64,000 bases of DNA from Cyanophora paradoxa CCMP329 (GCA_004431415.1 QPMI01000079.1:1-64000); one strand, 5' to 3'. Shown: positions 10,998 to 24,430, counted from the first letter of the stretch. The notes: generated from the letters alone by a model not told the origin. Made by a program: numbers and translations.

Positions 10998-12338
10998 ATG
11001 TCGAGCTCGTCGAAAGTAGTTGGTTCTCCTTTGGTCAAGTGCCAAAACTTGAGGTTCGCACCCATCGATATCGCATCGACCCTCCCGACGTCTGCCGACC
11101 GACGCCTTTCGACTCGTCGACCCGCAGGATAGAGAAGGTGATGCGTCTGAGCCAGTTCAGCGATTTCTACCTCAACGTGCGCATGCGCCGCCCTGCGCCC
11201 GACTCCCGAACCGCGACGGCGCGCGGGGGAAGCGCGGCCCTATGCTGATGCGGGCGGGCGCCGCCGGCGCAGGCCGAGTGCCCGGATTCTAGCGGGGCCA
11301 TGGTCGAAAACCGCCTCTGTGCGCCCGGCGCCCGCATCGATTCGCGCGCGGCCGCCCCCGCCCCCGCCCTCTGCCGCTGACGCGAGCGTGCGTGTGGCGG
11401 CGGCGGGGGGCGAAGACCTCAACCCGGGCCTGGCCAACTTCCACGGCATCATGATCGAGCCGTCCAGCGAGGAGCTGGTGCGCGCCCGCCTCGCACTCTC
11501 GCCCGCGGCCGAGGCGCCCCGGCCGCGCTCGAACCGCGCCGCGCGCGCGCGCAGGTGCACGACGAGTCGTACGGGCGGGACTACGAGGACGCGATCATGT
11601 TCGGCGTGGCGAGCTGCCGCATCGGCGAGGTGTCCACCAACTTCGACTCGGGCCTCCGCTGCCGCAACGCCATCTTCGAGTTCGAGGGCTGCGCCGAGAC
11701 CGCCAGCCAGTCCGGCGGCAAGCTCATCTGGGCCGAGTTCGAGAATCTCAAGGGCTGCGGCGCCAGTGCGCCCCGCGCACTCCGAACCGACTAAACTCAC
11801 CACCCGAAACCTCGCTGCTTTCTGCGTATCCCTGACGGGGGTACGCAGAACTCGCCGATCACGCCATGTTCGGCCTCAACGACAAGGGCAAGCTGGTGCG
11901 GCGCCGTACCCCCCCCTTTCTCCTGGGCCGCTGCGGCTGACGCTGCGCCGCGCGCCCTCTCGGCCGCAGTACTTCCAGTCGTTCGGGAAGCCGCTGGCGG
12001 TCGAGGACAACGGAGAGCCCGCGCTCCTCCACCTCCTCGACCAGGTCCGCTCCCTCACTCGACTTCGAATTTGAAATCTCGAATTCGAACGCGTGCGATT
12101 TGATCCCGGGCCCCGGCCCCGACCTGCAGGCTCCTGCCCTCGTGGACGAGGAGGAGGCGGAGGAGGGGTACGAGCTCGACGATTCCTCGGTCCGCCCGCG
12201 TCCGCCTCGGGCGAGCCCCCGGCCCCGCCCCTGAGATTTTTATTTTCGGCGCAGGAGTTGGACTTGGTTTCGGACGTCGAAGCCGACTGCGCCGCGGCGG
12301 ATGCCGTCGCCGCCGCAGCCGCTGTGGCGGAGGCGTAG
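10998..12338 (+). CDS. CVNH (cyanovirin-N homology)-like protein with acidic C-terminal tail (multi-exon)
   Basis: Spliced: MSSSSKVVGSPLVKCQNLR|IEKVMRLSQFSDFYLN|AECPDSSGAMVENRL|YLNPGLANFHGIMI...STNFDSGLRCRNAIFEF...LIWAEFENLKG...GLNDKGKL|YFQ...EEAEEGYELDD...AEA*. All introns GT-AG and in frame. The C.NLRI...L.AEC.D.SG...L.LN..L.N..G pattern resembles a CVNH repeat. Confidence 0.55.
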
Positions 12339-13560
12339 CGGGCGGGCACCTTCTCAGCCCTCCCGCGCCCCGCCCCTCGTTTCCGCAGCGATCGCGTGAG
12401 GGGTCTGCTCACCTGCGTGCATTTTTCCTCGTTCAGCGTAGTTCCGAGTTTATTCTATTAGTGCCAACCAATATGACCCGCTCATGCTTCTTTCACCGAG
12501 TCAAGCCCGTTATTTTTGTAGCTAAAAGCCATCTATTGCAGCAGCAGCAGGCATGCAGGTAGTCCCTCGAGCTCCCGTCGTCGTTTCCGCATGCGCAGCG
12601 ACCGTGCGACTTGTTTTGATCGCCTGCGTGTAATTTTTCGTTCGTTGTAGTCCTCGATTGTAAGCTTATTCTTGATCATTGGATTCTCCTAAATCTAGAT
12701 CTAGAGTGACCCGGTCTTGCTTTTTTAGACCCGTAGTGCTGCAGCGGCAGCAACAGCAGCCCCTTTCGAAATTCTAGCACGAGGGCCCGGGATTTCATCA
12801 ATTCTGGTGGTGCCCAGTTCTAGTACGCCCTGCGGTACCGGTCCCGCTCTGTGTTTCTCTCGCCGCCTGCATTCTGACAGGCTGTTGCCATCATAGTATT
12901 GGAGTCCGACACTGATCGATATCTAGACTCGGCATAGTCGGCACCCAGACACCGTGGCACCATCATGGCATGGCCAACGCTTATTTTCCAATTCTCGACT
13001 CGGCGAGCTCATATGATGAGTCATGTCTAGACTCTGAGATCTGGATACCGGACCGGGATGAACTTTCGGAAGTTTCCATGGCCAAGCTTAAGCCTGGCGC
13101 ATGCACTCAGTGACTGCCCACTGTGCCCAGGCTAGCGCTGCGGCATATGCATGCGCATATGCATATGCCACGGTGCCACGGTGGCACTGCCGCAGTGCGG
13201 CATGCGCATGCATGCGTACGTGCCGGCCGCGGCACGTTGCACGTGCGTATACGTATATATATGCATATATGCACATATGCACATCGATATCAGGCACGCC
13301 CGCCGGGCGCCGGCGCGGTATACATGTGCTTGCGAGCAGTCGGCGCGCGCCGCGGCCGCGGGCCCCGGCTGCTGGGCGCTGCAGCTGGTGCGGGTCTCCG
13401 CCGGCACCGTACGCGTGGGGACTTCAGAACAAGCAAGCTTCAATTGCAAAATTGCAAGCTCAAGCTCAAGCTCATCCGCGCTAGGGTACAGGAGTTCGGG
13501 CACCCCAGCCGCTGAGCTCAGCGGCTTGCAATTGCAATACCTAGCCGGCGCCTTGCAGCA

Positions 13561-16055
13561 ATGCTCCGACACCTCGCCGCCTCTCGGCCTACGGGGAGGC
13601 TGCTTCTCCAGCTGCAGCGAACCGGGCACACCACGTACGCTCAGCAGCAGCCTCGGCGCGGCATTGTGGTCGGCATTCCACGCGAAGTTAAGAAGGACGA
13701 GTACCGGTGCGGCGGCGTGCCGAGCATGGTAAGATCGACTTGCCCTCTCGGCACGCGGCGCACTCACGCTCCGATCGACGCGGATGTGCAGGTAGATTTG
13801 CTGCATACCAGCGGCCACAAGGCTCGCAGCCCGCCCCTCCGCTCTCCGAACGGGCGTTGATTGACATCTCCCGTGCACACATGTGCAGGTCCTGGTCGAG
13901 AAGGGAGCCGGCGAGGGCTCCGGGATCTCCGACAACGAGTACGCGGCTGCCGGAGCGACGATTGTTAACTCGGCAGACGCTCTCTGGGGGGTGCATGCAC
14001 GTCGCGCGCCCGTCAGCCGAAGTCGCTGCCTCGCGCTGAGGCGCCAGGCGGTGGCGACGGCGCGCAGGAGGCTGACATGATAATCAAGGTGAAGGAACCG
14101 CTGCTGGGAGAGTACCCTCGCATGCGGAAGGGCCAGGTGGTCAGCGCGGCCGCCGCTTCTCTCGCATTTGATCCTCGCGGTCCTGCGCCCAACGCTTGAT
14201 CGCGGGCCCCCCGGCGGCGCAGATCTTTACCTACTTCCACCTGGCCGCGTCCAGGGAGCTGACGGAGGCCTGCAAGAAGAGCGGCTCCGTTTGCGTGCGC
14301 TCCTTCGCCCGCACCGCGCCGGGGTACCCCTGTAACGACGAGCCCCCCCCCCCTTCCCCCCCTCCCCCGGGCACGCAGATCGCGTACGAGACCGTCGAGA
14401 AGAGCGACGGTACCCTGCCTCTGCTGGTGCCGATGTCCGAAGTCGCCGGGCGTGCGCCTGTGCCCTTCCTCGCCGCCCCGCTCCACCCCCCTTCTCAGAT
14501 CCCGAACCCAGGCATGGCGATCCAGGAGGGAGCCAAGTACCTCGAGAGGCCCTTCGAGGGGCGGGGACTGCTCCTGGCGGGGGTACCCGGCGTCCGCCCC
14601 GCCACGGTCGTCATCATCGGTACCCCCCAGCATGCCCCGCTCTCGCTCGCCTCGCGCCTCCTCGACCCGTCCGGGCAGGCGGCGGAGTCGTCGGGCTGAA
14701 CTCGGCCAAGATGGCGGTGCGCCGTACCCCTGCCGCGCCCGCCCCATCTCCCGTCGACCGCGTACCCCGCAGCTGGGCCTGGGGGCGAACGTCTACATCC
14801 TGGACTCGAACCTGCGGCGCCTGCGCTACATCAGCGACGTCCTCCCCGCCGCGACCTCCGTCTACAGGTCCGGCCGCCGCCCCTCGTCTCCTCGCTGGCG
14901 CGCTCGAGCTCACCTGGCGCGGGGCAGCACGCCGCTGACGGTGCGGTCGATGCTGCCCGAGGCCGACCTCCTCATCGGCGCCGTCCTCGTGCGCCTGGCC
15001 TGCGGGCGGGCGCCCGCGACCTCCGCCGGGGGCTCAGGGGGCGCGGCGCGCGCAGGTGCCCGGGGCGGCGGCGCCGAAGCTGATCTCGCGGGCGGACCTC
15101 AAGACGATGAAGCCCCGCGCCGTCTTCTGCGACGTCGCCATCGACCAGGGCCCGCCCCGCCCCCGTCCCACCCCCGCTCCCCGCCGCTCGACCCGCTCCC
15201 CGGCCCGGCCCCCTCGCAACCGTCTCTCCAGGGCTTCCTCCCTAGGGTCCCGCTCCCCGCCCGCGCCGCCGCCTCACGCGCCGGCGCCGTCTGCGCAGGC
15301 GGCATCGCGGAGACGAGCAAGGCGACGACGCACACGAACCCCACGTGCGTGCTCTGCCCCCGAGGCTTAGCTCTGGAGAGGAGCGCGCGCCCCGCCCTCG
15401 GCCCCGCCGCCCTCACCGGCTTGGCTCGGTCCCGGGCACAGGTACATCGTGGAGCAGGTCAACCACTACTGCGTCGGTGCGCAGTGTCTCATCTGTACCC
15501 CCTGGCGCCCCCGCCTCTCTCGCCCCGCCCTTCTCAGCGCCCCCCGGGTTTTCCTTAACTTCCTGCAGCGAACATCCCGGGGGCGGTTCCCGCGACCTCC
15601 ACCTTCGCCCTCACCAACGCGGTGCCAGCCTCGCCCCTCCTTCCTTCCCGCCCGCCCGCCCGCCCGCCCGCCCGCCCGCCCGCCCGCCCGCCGACGGGCC
15701 GGCGCCCGGGCAGACGACGCCGTACGCGGTGGAGCTGGCGGGGAAGGGCTGGCGGCGCGCCTGCAGGGAGAACCCCGAGCTCCTCGCCGGCCTCAACGTC
15801 GTCGTGCGCCGCCCCCTGCCCCCCGCCCGCCGCCCCGCCGTCCGCGGCCGTCTCGGGGGCGTCGGAGGCGGACGGAACGCGCGCCCGGGCGAAGCGAGAG
15901 GCCTCGGATAGGGGCGCCGAGGGCGATGGCGCTGATCGATGCGATGCCGACGGGGCGGGGCGGGGCGGGGCGGGGCGCAGGAGGGCGAGGTGACGTACAA
16001 GGCCGTCGCGGACGCCTTTGGCCTGCCCCACGCCGACCCCCGCCAGCTCCTCTAG
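13561..16055 (+). CDS. ald: Alanine dehydrogenase with putative mitochondrial presequence (16 exons)
   Basis: Motifs [116 protein letters not shown]. Arg-rich, acid-free N-terminus. Confidence 0.95.
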
Positions 16056-16458
16056 CTCGGCGGAGGCCCTCGACCGGGTCCGCGCCGCCCTCCGGGTCCC
16101 CGCCCCCTCGCCTCTCCGCCCCAAAGCTGACTGTTCTGCCGCGCCCGGCCGCGGCCGCAGGCGCAGATGCAGGCGCACGGCTGCATGCAGGAGCTGTAGA
16201 TATATATGCATGCGGACACCGCTTAAGCTTTCTGTCTAGATTTAGCTGCAGGTCAGGGCTGGATCGGGCCCTAGTTTTGGCTGCGCGCCTGGCGCCGGCA
16301 TCCTGTAAATAAGCCCAAGTCGCGCGCGCGATCCCAGCCCGCTGGAGTAGTCTCGGCGACTGCCGAGGTTTTGCGATTGTCCAGTTTTGTGTAGTGTTTG
16401 TAACTACTCGGTGTTTCCTCAAGCTCGAGCCCAGACCGGAGTGCTGGGCGGGGCCGCC

Positions 16459-17828
16459 CTACCTCCTCCCGCCCCTGGCGCCGCCCCTGGCACCCGGGGG
16501 CGAGGGGGAGGGGGAGGGCGCGGGGGCCGCGGCGCCGGCGGGCGAGGCGGGGCCCAGGCTCTGCAGGAAGTCCGAGAGCGTGAGGGGCGCCCCCGCCGGC
16601 GAGCCGGGGTACAGGCCCAGGCCCAGCCCGGGGGAGGGGTACGAGGAGCCGAGGCCTGCGCCCTGCAGGCTCGCCCGCTTGGCCTCCTTGGCCGCCTTCT
16701 TGCGCTCCGCCTGCCGGCTCGAGGCGGCCGCCGGCGGGGCCGAGCCGGGGGGCGAGGCGCGGCCCCCGACGGAGGGCTGCGGGCCGGGACGGCGCGATCG
16801 GTTCCTGCGGGGAGCAGCCGACGTCGACGGGGGAAGGGGCGGGGGTACCTGGGAGTGGGTGGGCGTGGAAGATGCGCCGCCGGCGCTCGAGCGGGGCGGC
16901 TGGGTACAGTGTCAATCGCAGTTGGACGAGCGCGGGGGTACCGCACGCGCACCTCCGGCGGGGGGGAGGCGGGAGGGGAGGAGCGGATGCTGGCTTCCGA
17001 GGCGCGGGGGGGATGCGGGCCCGGGGTACGGGAGGCGTCGCCAGGCGTGCCTGAACGAGACCGCATCGGGAGTCGCGCGCCCGGGGGTAGGGGATGTACG
17101 AGGGACGCACGGGGGGTACACGCGCTGGCGAGGGAGGGGCGGGGGGAGGCCGCGGCGGTGGAATCGTCCTCCTCGGCCACCGCCCTCCGCAGCTGCCGCT
17201 TGGCCTGCGCGCGCGAAGCGCCGGCGTGAGCGTTTGCGCTCGCCTTCGAATTCACACGGTTTGCGATCGCGCGCGAAGGGGCGGCGGGGGGCGGCCTGCC
17301 TGCGCTTGCGACAGCAGCGTCCGCATCTGGTTGACGGGGGCGCCGGGCTGGTGGTGAGCGAGGTCGCACCGGCTGCAGCGAATCACCTGCGCGGGGCTCG
17401 GGCGCCGGCGCGCGGCAGGGGCCGCTGGGCTCGCGCACCACCTCCGTGCAGATCTTTCTCCTGCGGCGCTTCGTGCGCGAGGCGCGGTGCGTGCGCATCT
17501 TGCAGTTGAGCCCCGGCACGAGCAGCGCCGAGCAGCCGGTGCAGAACCGCAGCTTCGTCGACTCCGACGGCTCTGCGCGGGCGTCGCTCCCGAGGATCGG
17601 AGCGCGATCGGGGCGCGGACGGGGGCCCACCGACTTGGCTCTCAGCGACGAAGCCGCGGAGCTGCGCCCTGCACCGGCCGGTTGCGCTGGCGCAACGCGA
17701 CGCGCGGAGGGCGCTCACCCGAGGTGCGCTGCGAGCGCCGGCACGACTGGGGCGCACGCCTGCAGGCCCGCGGAGAGGAACTCGATGCGCGCCGCGATCT
17801 GGGCATCCTCCTCCTCCTGCGTCGCCAT
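16459..17828 (-). CDS. RPP21: RNase P/MRP subunit Rpr2/RPP21 family protein
   Basis: ARIEFLSAG...KLRFCTGCSALLVPGLNCKMR...IRCSRC zinc-ribbon spacing; low-complexity tail containing LSDFLQSL. Internal exon boundaries approximate. Confidence 0.75.
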
Positions 17829-18220
17829 GGGCGCTGGCCGTGCTTCAAGTGTGCCGACGAAGGCTGCAGCTGCCTGGAAGATCGGCGCGGCTCCGAGGGC
17901 TCTGTCCTGGGCTCCAGGGCTCACCTTCGAGGGGTACAGCAGCAAAGAGGCACCGACCCGATTCGGCCCTTCTTCTACTTGGAGCTCTAGATCTGTGATG
18001 TTATTGACGCAGCGGCGTTGATGTGAGCGCCAAGCCGATGCCAGCCTTTCTCCCGGCTGTCCAGCCAGGCGGCCTCCGATCCGGGTCCTCGGTCTTGACA
18101 GCGCAGTCCGGTGCGTCGCACGCCAGGCTTGTGCATATTAGCTCCGTGCGGATTCTATGCACAACGAGCCCCCGCCTGGCAACTCCATCCTCTTAGCCGG
18201 GGTTCCTGTTGACTAGCAAC

Positions 18221-21200
18221 ATGATGGGAAACGCTGGCGCTGGGATGCCGTCGGCTCTCAGCCTGCGTGCCTCGTCTTCGCTCCTTGCTGCCGCTTCGCT
18301 CGCCGCGCTGACGCGACGTGCAGCCGAGCAGGAGCGCGAGCGCGTGCGCGGCGGCGGCCTGCAGGTCGTGGTCCCAAACACCCTCTCCGGTTCCGCATCC
18401 GCACCGGCGCTTCACAAGGCGCCCAGTCCTGTGCCCGGAGGCGGCCTTCTGCGCGCCGCCTCCGTCCAAGATGTCGCCTACGTCATCGTCAGCCCGGCTT
18501 CTCGCGCGCCGCAGCGCCGCCCCGCGGACCGCCTGACGCCGCGGCCGCGTGCGCAGTCCCCCGGCGGAGGCCGCCGCATCGTGCGGACCCACGCGAGCGA
18601 GGCGCGCACGACCCGCGGCTCCGCGCGCCGCGCCGCGCCCCTCCGACCCTCGACGGCAGGTCCGCAAGCGGGCGAGGACGCTGGTGCAGGAGGAGAAGCT
18701 CGCGGCCTCCATCGAGGTCTCCCCCCTCCCCTCCCCCCCCCCCCCCCCCCCCTTGGCGCCCCTGCGCCTCACTGTTTCTCGCCCCTCCGCGCCGCAGGCG
18801 TGGGGCGAGGCGATAGCGGAGGACCCGAAGAACCCCCACAACTACATAGGACGGGTACACCCGCCTCCCATTCGTTTCCTCCCTGGCGCCGCCGCCGCCG
18901 CCGCCGCCGCTGAGGAGCGAGCCTCCCCCGCCGCGCAGGGCCTTGCACACGCCCGCCTGAACGACTTCCAGGCGGGCCCCTCCCCTTCCCGGTCCCTGTA
19001 CCCTGTAACTGAACCCCCCCCCTCCAGGCGGCGATGGCGGACGTGACTACGGCCTCCGCGATGGCGCCGCACGACGTGGACGGTGCGGGGTCGGATCCGC
19101 GCGGGGCGCCTTGCCGGTCGCCGACGCCCTCGGCCCCTCTTGCAGTCCTCCGCGCCAAGGCTCTCGTCCTCACCCGCGCCCGCAAGTTCCACGACGGCGC
19201 CCAGTTCGCCCTCCAGGTGCCGTACCCCTCCTCCCTTGCTCGCCTCCCCCTCGGGTCTGTCTCTCAAAGGGGTACGGGCGCGCAGGCGATGCAGCGGGAC
19301 CCCGGGGACCTCAAATCGAACGACGACTTCCGATTCGCGCTGGAGAAGGTGCGCAGGGGTACACCGGTTTTAGAAAGCGGCCCGAGGGCCGACCCCCGCC
19401 GGCGCGCGCGCGCAGCTGAGGCGGGCGAGGCCGCACTTCATCCCCCCTCCGAAGGGTGCCCGGCCCCCTCACGCCTCCGCCCCGCCCCCGCGCGCCCTCG
19501 CGAGCCGACCGCCGGAGCCAGAGCGGGTGATCCACGAGGGGCGGATGCGGTTCGACACGCCGCCGCGGACGCCGACGCCCGAGGAGGAGGAGGAGCTCCT
19601 CGAGCCCGAGTGGGAGGAGATGCTCAGGTGCCGCCCCCGCCCGCCCCGCTCGGGCCCGCGGCCCGGGGGGTACGTGCGGGGGGTACCAGCGGGCGGCGCA
19701 GGCGGCTGGCGGACCTGATCGACCCGACGGTCGAGCCGCGGGCACAGCGCCGCAAGATCCGCGAGACGGTCAAGGTCAACATGTGTACGCCCCTCGCCTG
19801 CTCGCCCCCGTTCCGCCCCTCCTCTTCCCCTCCCCCTCTGAGCGCCTCCGTCCTCCCCGCCCCCTTCTGCAGCCTTCCTCGTGAGGACCTTCGAGCAGTA
19901 AGTGTCGAGCCCCCCCGGGGGCGGGACGGGGCACGCTGTACCCCGCCTGGGGCTGAGGCGCCGGCCCCGCGCAGCTACCGCGGCCTGCGCGACGATCCCC
20001 CCGCCAAGGTGATTCATTCCCCGCTTTACTACTACCCCCCCCGTGTCGGGCTAACGGCGTACCCCCGCAGACGACCTTCTACTCCCTCACGCAGCTCCTG
20101 CGGGACTGCAAGGTCCCCTGCCACACCATCAGCATGGGCACGCGTACCCCCTCCGCCCCCCGGACCCCGGCCGCCCGACCGCCGCGCACGCCCCTCGGCT
20201 CACGTAGCGCCTCCCCCTCTCCGCAGCGGCGATGGACCGGTTAGCCCTCACCACCCTCCGCGAGGAGCCCAACCCCCCCCAGGCACCGCCGCCTACCCCC
20301 CTGCATCCCCACCCCCTCCCGTCCTAACCTGATCCCCCCCAGGACCCGCACGAGGGGGCGAACGAGCTGGGGCTCACCCACTGGGTCGAGTCCCTCGTCC
20401 GCATCGCCAACGTGGCGCGTACCCCTCGCTCCCCCCCTCCCCCCCGCTTCCCTTCTGATGGCCCCGCTCCGTCCCGCCGGGCGCAGGCGCGGTCGACGAA
20501 CGAGAAGCTGCCGGCGGAGCGCTTCACCGCCTTCGTCGCCTCCTCCGTCGTGCCCCACGCCGGCCAGGTCCCCCGGCCCCGCCCCGCCCCCTGTCGGATC
20601 TCACGCCGGCGTTCGCAGTCCTCGCGGGACCGCTTCCAGACGACCTTCTACGGGGCCGAGGCCCAGGCCCGCCCCCACGCCCCGCCCCGCCCCGCCCCGC
20701 CCCGCCCCGCCCCGCCCCGCCCCGCCCCGCCCCGCTCCGCCCCGCCCCGCTTTGTTGTTGTCGGCCTGAGACTGAGGGCGGGGGCGCGCGCAGGCGGTGG
20801 TGCAGGCGGAGCGGGCGCGGCTGCGGAAGCTCTTCCGCTACTTCATCCTCCGCAACGCCGACAAGTCCTCCGCCGTCCAGGCCCGCCCCGCCCTCTCTAC
20901 CCCGCCCGGCCCCTCCCTGAGGCGGGGCGCGCGCGCAGGACCGCGTGGACGTCACGATGAACTTCAACCAGATGCTCCGCGTCCGCCCGCGCCCGTACCC
21001 CCCCACGACTCCTCCCCCCCCGCCGACCTTGCTTCAGATGCTGCTGGATCTCTCCCTCCTGGACCCGAACCTGACCGTCAAGGTGGGCGCCGCGCCCCCG
21101 GGGCCGCCCTGCGCCGGCGGCCTCCCTGCCCGGCGCCGTGCGGCGGCCCGCCCGTGACGCGCCGCCTGCCCCCCGCAGCGGGCCAAGGACGTCTGGGTGG

Positions 21201-21617
21201 CCGTCACCAAGGACGAGGAGGTCGCCCCCCAGGTGCGAACGAAGGGAGGGGGGGGGGGGGTAAGACAGGTCCGCTGAGGCACGCTGCGCCCCGCCCGCCC
21301 CGCGCAGGAGCACGCCTCGAACACGGCCACCGAGATGACCTTCGAGGGTGCGTACCCCCCTCTTACTTACCCCCCTTCCCCTTCTGCCCCTGAGGGATAC
21401 GGGCCCCCAGAGTTCCTGGAGGCGTGCGGGCGCATGTCGCGGATCAAATTCACCGACCAGGCGAGACGCCCGCGTTCCCGCGCGGTGTCCGACGGTCGGC
21501 GGCCGGCGCTGACCCGCCGCCCCGCCCCGCCTGCAGTCCTTCGCGGACGCGTGGGAGTCCTTCGTCAAGAAAGAGCTCATCACCTGCGCGGGACGCATCA
21601 TGCCCGGTCGCCTGTAG
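18221..21617 (+). CDS. TPR-repeat protein with C-terminal helical/EF-hand-like region (possibly ciliary)
   Basis: Exons AWGEAIAEDPKNPHNYIGR|GLAHARLNDFQ|AAMADVTTASAMAP|VLRAKALVL...AMQRDP (TPR-like); C-terminus EMTFEEFLEACGRMSRIKF...MPGRL*. Start codon uncertain. Confidence 0.65.
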
Positions 21618-22067
21618 CCCGCTCGCCGCCAACCGCCGGGTTCCCGCTCACTCTTTTTCACTCCCTCGACCTCGTCCCCGTCCCCCCGGGCGCCGCTGTT
21701 TTTCGCGCCGGGTCGCCCCTCGGATCACGCAGCATGCGTAGTCTAGTGCACCTGCGTTATTTCGCCGTTATTTTTGTAAAAAATTGTTGCTATCCTAGCC
21801 TATCCCACGACCGTCCAACGGTCGGACTGATCATGATCGATATCGATATCGATTGCTCATATCATGGCATCAGCGCTAGAAAGAGAGGATCCGGAAGGGG
21901 AGGGAAAGCGCTGGCGCTGTCATCGCGCGCGGCCGCCGGATTGCGCGCTTGCGTGACATCACCACCCTCAAGCTCGTGCGGGTACATCGTTCGCGCGATT
22001 CCATCATCGTTCGGTGCGCGAGCTCGACTAGTACTAGCTCGGCGTGTGCAGCTCCTCAGTTCGGAAC

Positions 22068-24073
22068 ATGGACATCCCTACACGTGCTGGCGTGCCGCAT
22101 GGCTCGACCCTCGAGGACCGCATGGTTGCTCTTCTGAGCTCCAGCCCGTCCGAGGTGCTCACTCTCGCATTGCTTCCCTCCTTCTGAATGTCTCGCGCTC
22201 GCGTGCGCCGTCCTCACGCACCCTGTTGGCGCGCAGGCCTATCTTCGCGGAAATGCCCCGCAGGTGGGCTTCCCCAAGTCGAAGATCAAGGTTCTCCTGC
22301 TTGAGAACGTTCACGAGTCGGGCCAGAAGCTGTTCCGCGATGAGGGCTTCCAGGTGCGGCGGCCGCCTCTTGCATATCTTGCGTCTTGGTGGACGTCATG
22401 CGGTTGCCGATGAGCGTGCTCGCTGCAGGTCGAGGCCATCAAGGGCACCATCGAAGAGTCTCAGCTCATCGAGAAGGTGAAGGACGTGCACATCCTCGGC
22501 ATCCGGTTCGAGCGCTTGCTCGCGATCATGCTTGCCGACCCCTCACACTGGGCGCCGTGCAGCTCGAAGACCCAGGTCACTCCCGCCGTCATCGATGCGG
22601 GCAAGCGTCTGCTGGGCGTCGGCTGCTTCTGCATCGGCACGGACCAGGTCGACCTTGTGTACTCCGAGAAGAAGGGTGTACGTGGCCCGCCGCGTGCGCC
22701 GGCGCGCGAGCCTGAAGGGAGCACTCTGTTCTCGCTCAGGTCCCCGTTTTCAACGCTCCGTTCGCCAACACGCGCTCCGTCGGTGCGCCCGCGCCGCAAG
22801 AGCCTGCTCGGCTCGCTCCGCGTGGGCCCACGGTCTCATCGTTCCTTTTCCCCGCGCAGCGGAGAAGATCATCGGAGAGATCATCATGCTCGCCCGTCAG
22901 ATTCCGGACCGCAGCAACGAGCTCCACAAGGGCGTGTGGAAGAAGGTCGCGACCAAGTGCTACGAGATCCGTGGCAAGACCCTCGGTCCGCACCCGCGCT
23001 GCCGCGCCGCGGGCGGCGCCTGCTAACACAGGCGCGCCCGCGCAGGCATCGTCGGGTACGGCCACATCGGCACGCAGGTCTCCGTGATGGCGGAGTCGAT
23101 GGGCATGCGCGTCATCTACTACGACATCATCCCCAAGCTCCCGCTCGGCAACGCGCAGGCGTGCAACACGCTCGAGGAGCTCCTTAAGCAGGCCGACTTC
23201 GTGACCGTCCACGTCCCGAACACGCCGCAAACGAAGAACATGATGACCAAGGACCAGTTCTCGCTGATGAAGCCGGGCGCGTACTTCCTCAACTCGGCCC
23301 GCGGCAAGATCGTGCGCCGCCTTCTTTCGCAGCCTCTTCTTCTTCTCCTCCTTCTCGTAACTCGTCGCCGCGCGAAAGGTCAACCTGGCGGACCTCGCGG
23401 CGGCGCTCAAGTCGGGCCACGTGGGCGGCTGCGCGGTGGACGTGTACCCCTGGGAGCCGCTGGAGAACGGCCCCGGCTTCACGACGGAGCTGCAGGGCTG
23501 CCCGAACACCATCCTGACGCCGCACATCGGCGGCTCGACGGAGGAGGCGCAGGCCAAGATCGGCGAGGAGGTCGCGCAGGCCCTCGTCAAGCTCGTCAAC
23601 ACCGGCTCCACCCAGGTACCCCCCTCCTCGAATTCGGATTTGAATCCAGAATTCGATCTCACATTTGATCCAGGGCGCCGTGAACTTCCCCAACGTCGAG
23701 CTGCCGTACGGCGACAAGACCCACCGCATCCTCAACACCCACCAGAACGTCCCGGGGGTACTCAAGGTCCGCGTTCCAGCCCCCTATACCCCGCCCGGTA
23801 CCCCGTTCCTGTACCCCTGACGCCTGACCCCCGCCCGCCCGTGCAGAGCATCAACCAGATCCTGGCGGACTACAACGTGTCCTCGCAGCTGCTCCGGACG
23901 ACCGATCACATCGTGCGCTGGAGCCCGTACCCCCCGCCGTCTCCGTGCTCTCCGCCGACACGCGCGGCGCGCAGGGGTACATGATCATCGACGTCGACCG
24001 CTCCGCGTCGGAGGAGATTAACCAGCAGATCCGCGCCCTCCCCGTCTCCCTGCGCACCCGCATCCTCTACTAA
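22068..24073 (+). CDS. serA: D-3-phosphoglycerate dehydrogenase (E. coli SerA/yeast Ser3 type with C-terminal ACT domain)
   Basis: KIKVLLLENVH, ILGIRSKTQVT, VGCFCIGTDQVDL, VFNAPFANTRSVAE, EIRGKTLGIVGYGHIGTQV, LTPHIGGSTEEAQ, AVNFPNV, RILNTHQNVPGVL, LRTRILY*. Confidence 0.95.
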
Positions 24074-24430
24074 GGCGCCGGGCCCCGGCCGCCCTCGCCG
24101 CGCCTCCTCGCGGCCCGTTTTTGCTCCGCGGGGCTCCCTCGCGAGAGGCTCGGGGAGGCGTAGCCGCCGCCCGCACACAACCCGATGCCCTCCGCCTCCC
24201 TATCGGGAGGCAGGCCCCCTTTCCTCTCCATGCAGCCCCCGCCAGTGCGAGCAAGCCCCCTTACTACTATGTTATGAATGCCCGGTAGTCTGAGTGACAG
24301 TTTCAGAGATACCCCTGTGTAGATGTTGTTCTGAAGTGGGATCATTTCCCAGAGAGAGCGCAAAGGGCGAGTGGGCGGAGGAGGGCTGATAGGGGAGCGA
24401 GAGGCGAACTGGAGGGTACAGCTGCAGAGC

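Noticed and set aside
12410-12760. Degenerate ~210-bp duplication downstream of the CVNH-like gene
   Set aside because: Similarity is patchy and has no interpretable structure.
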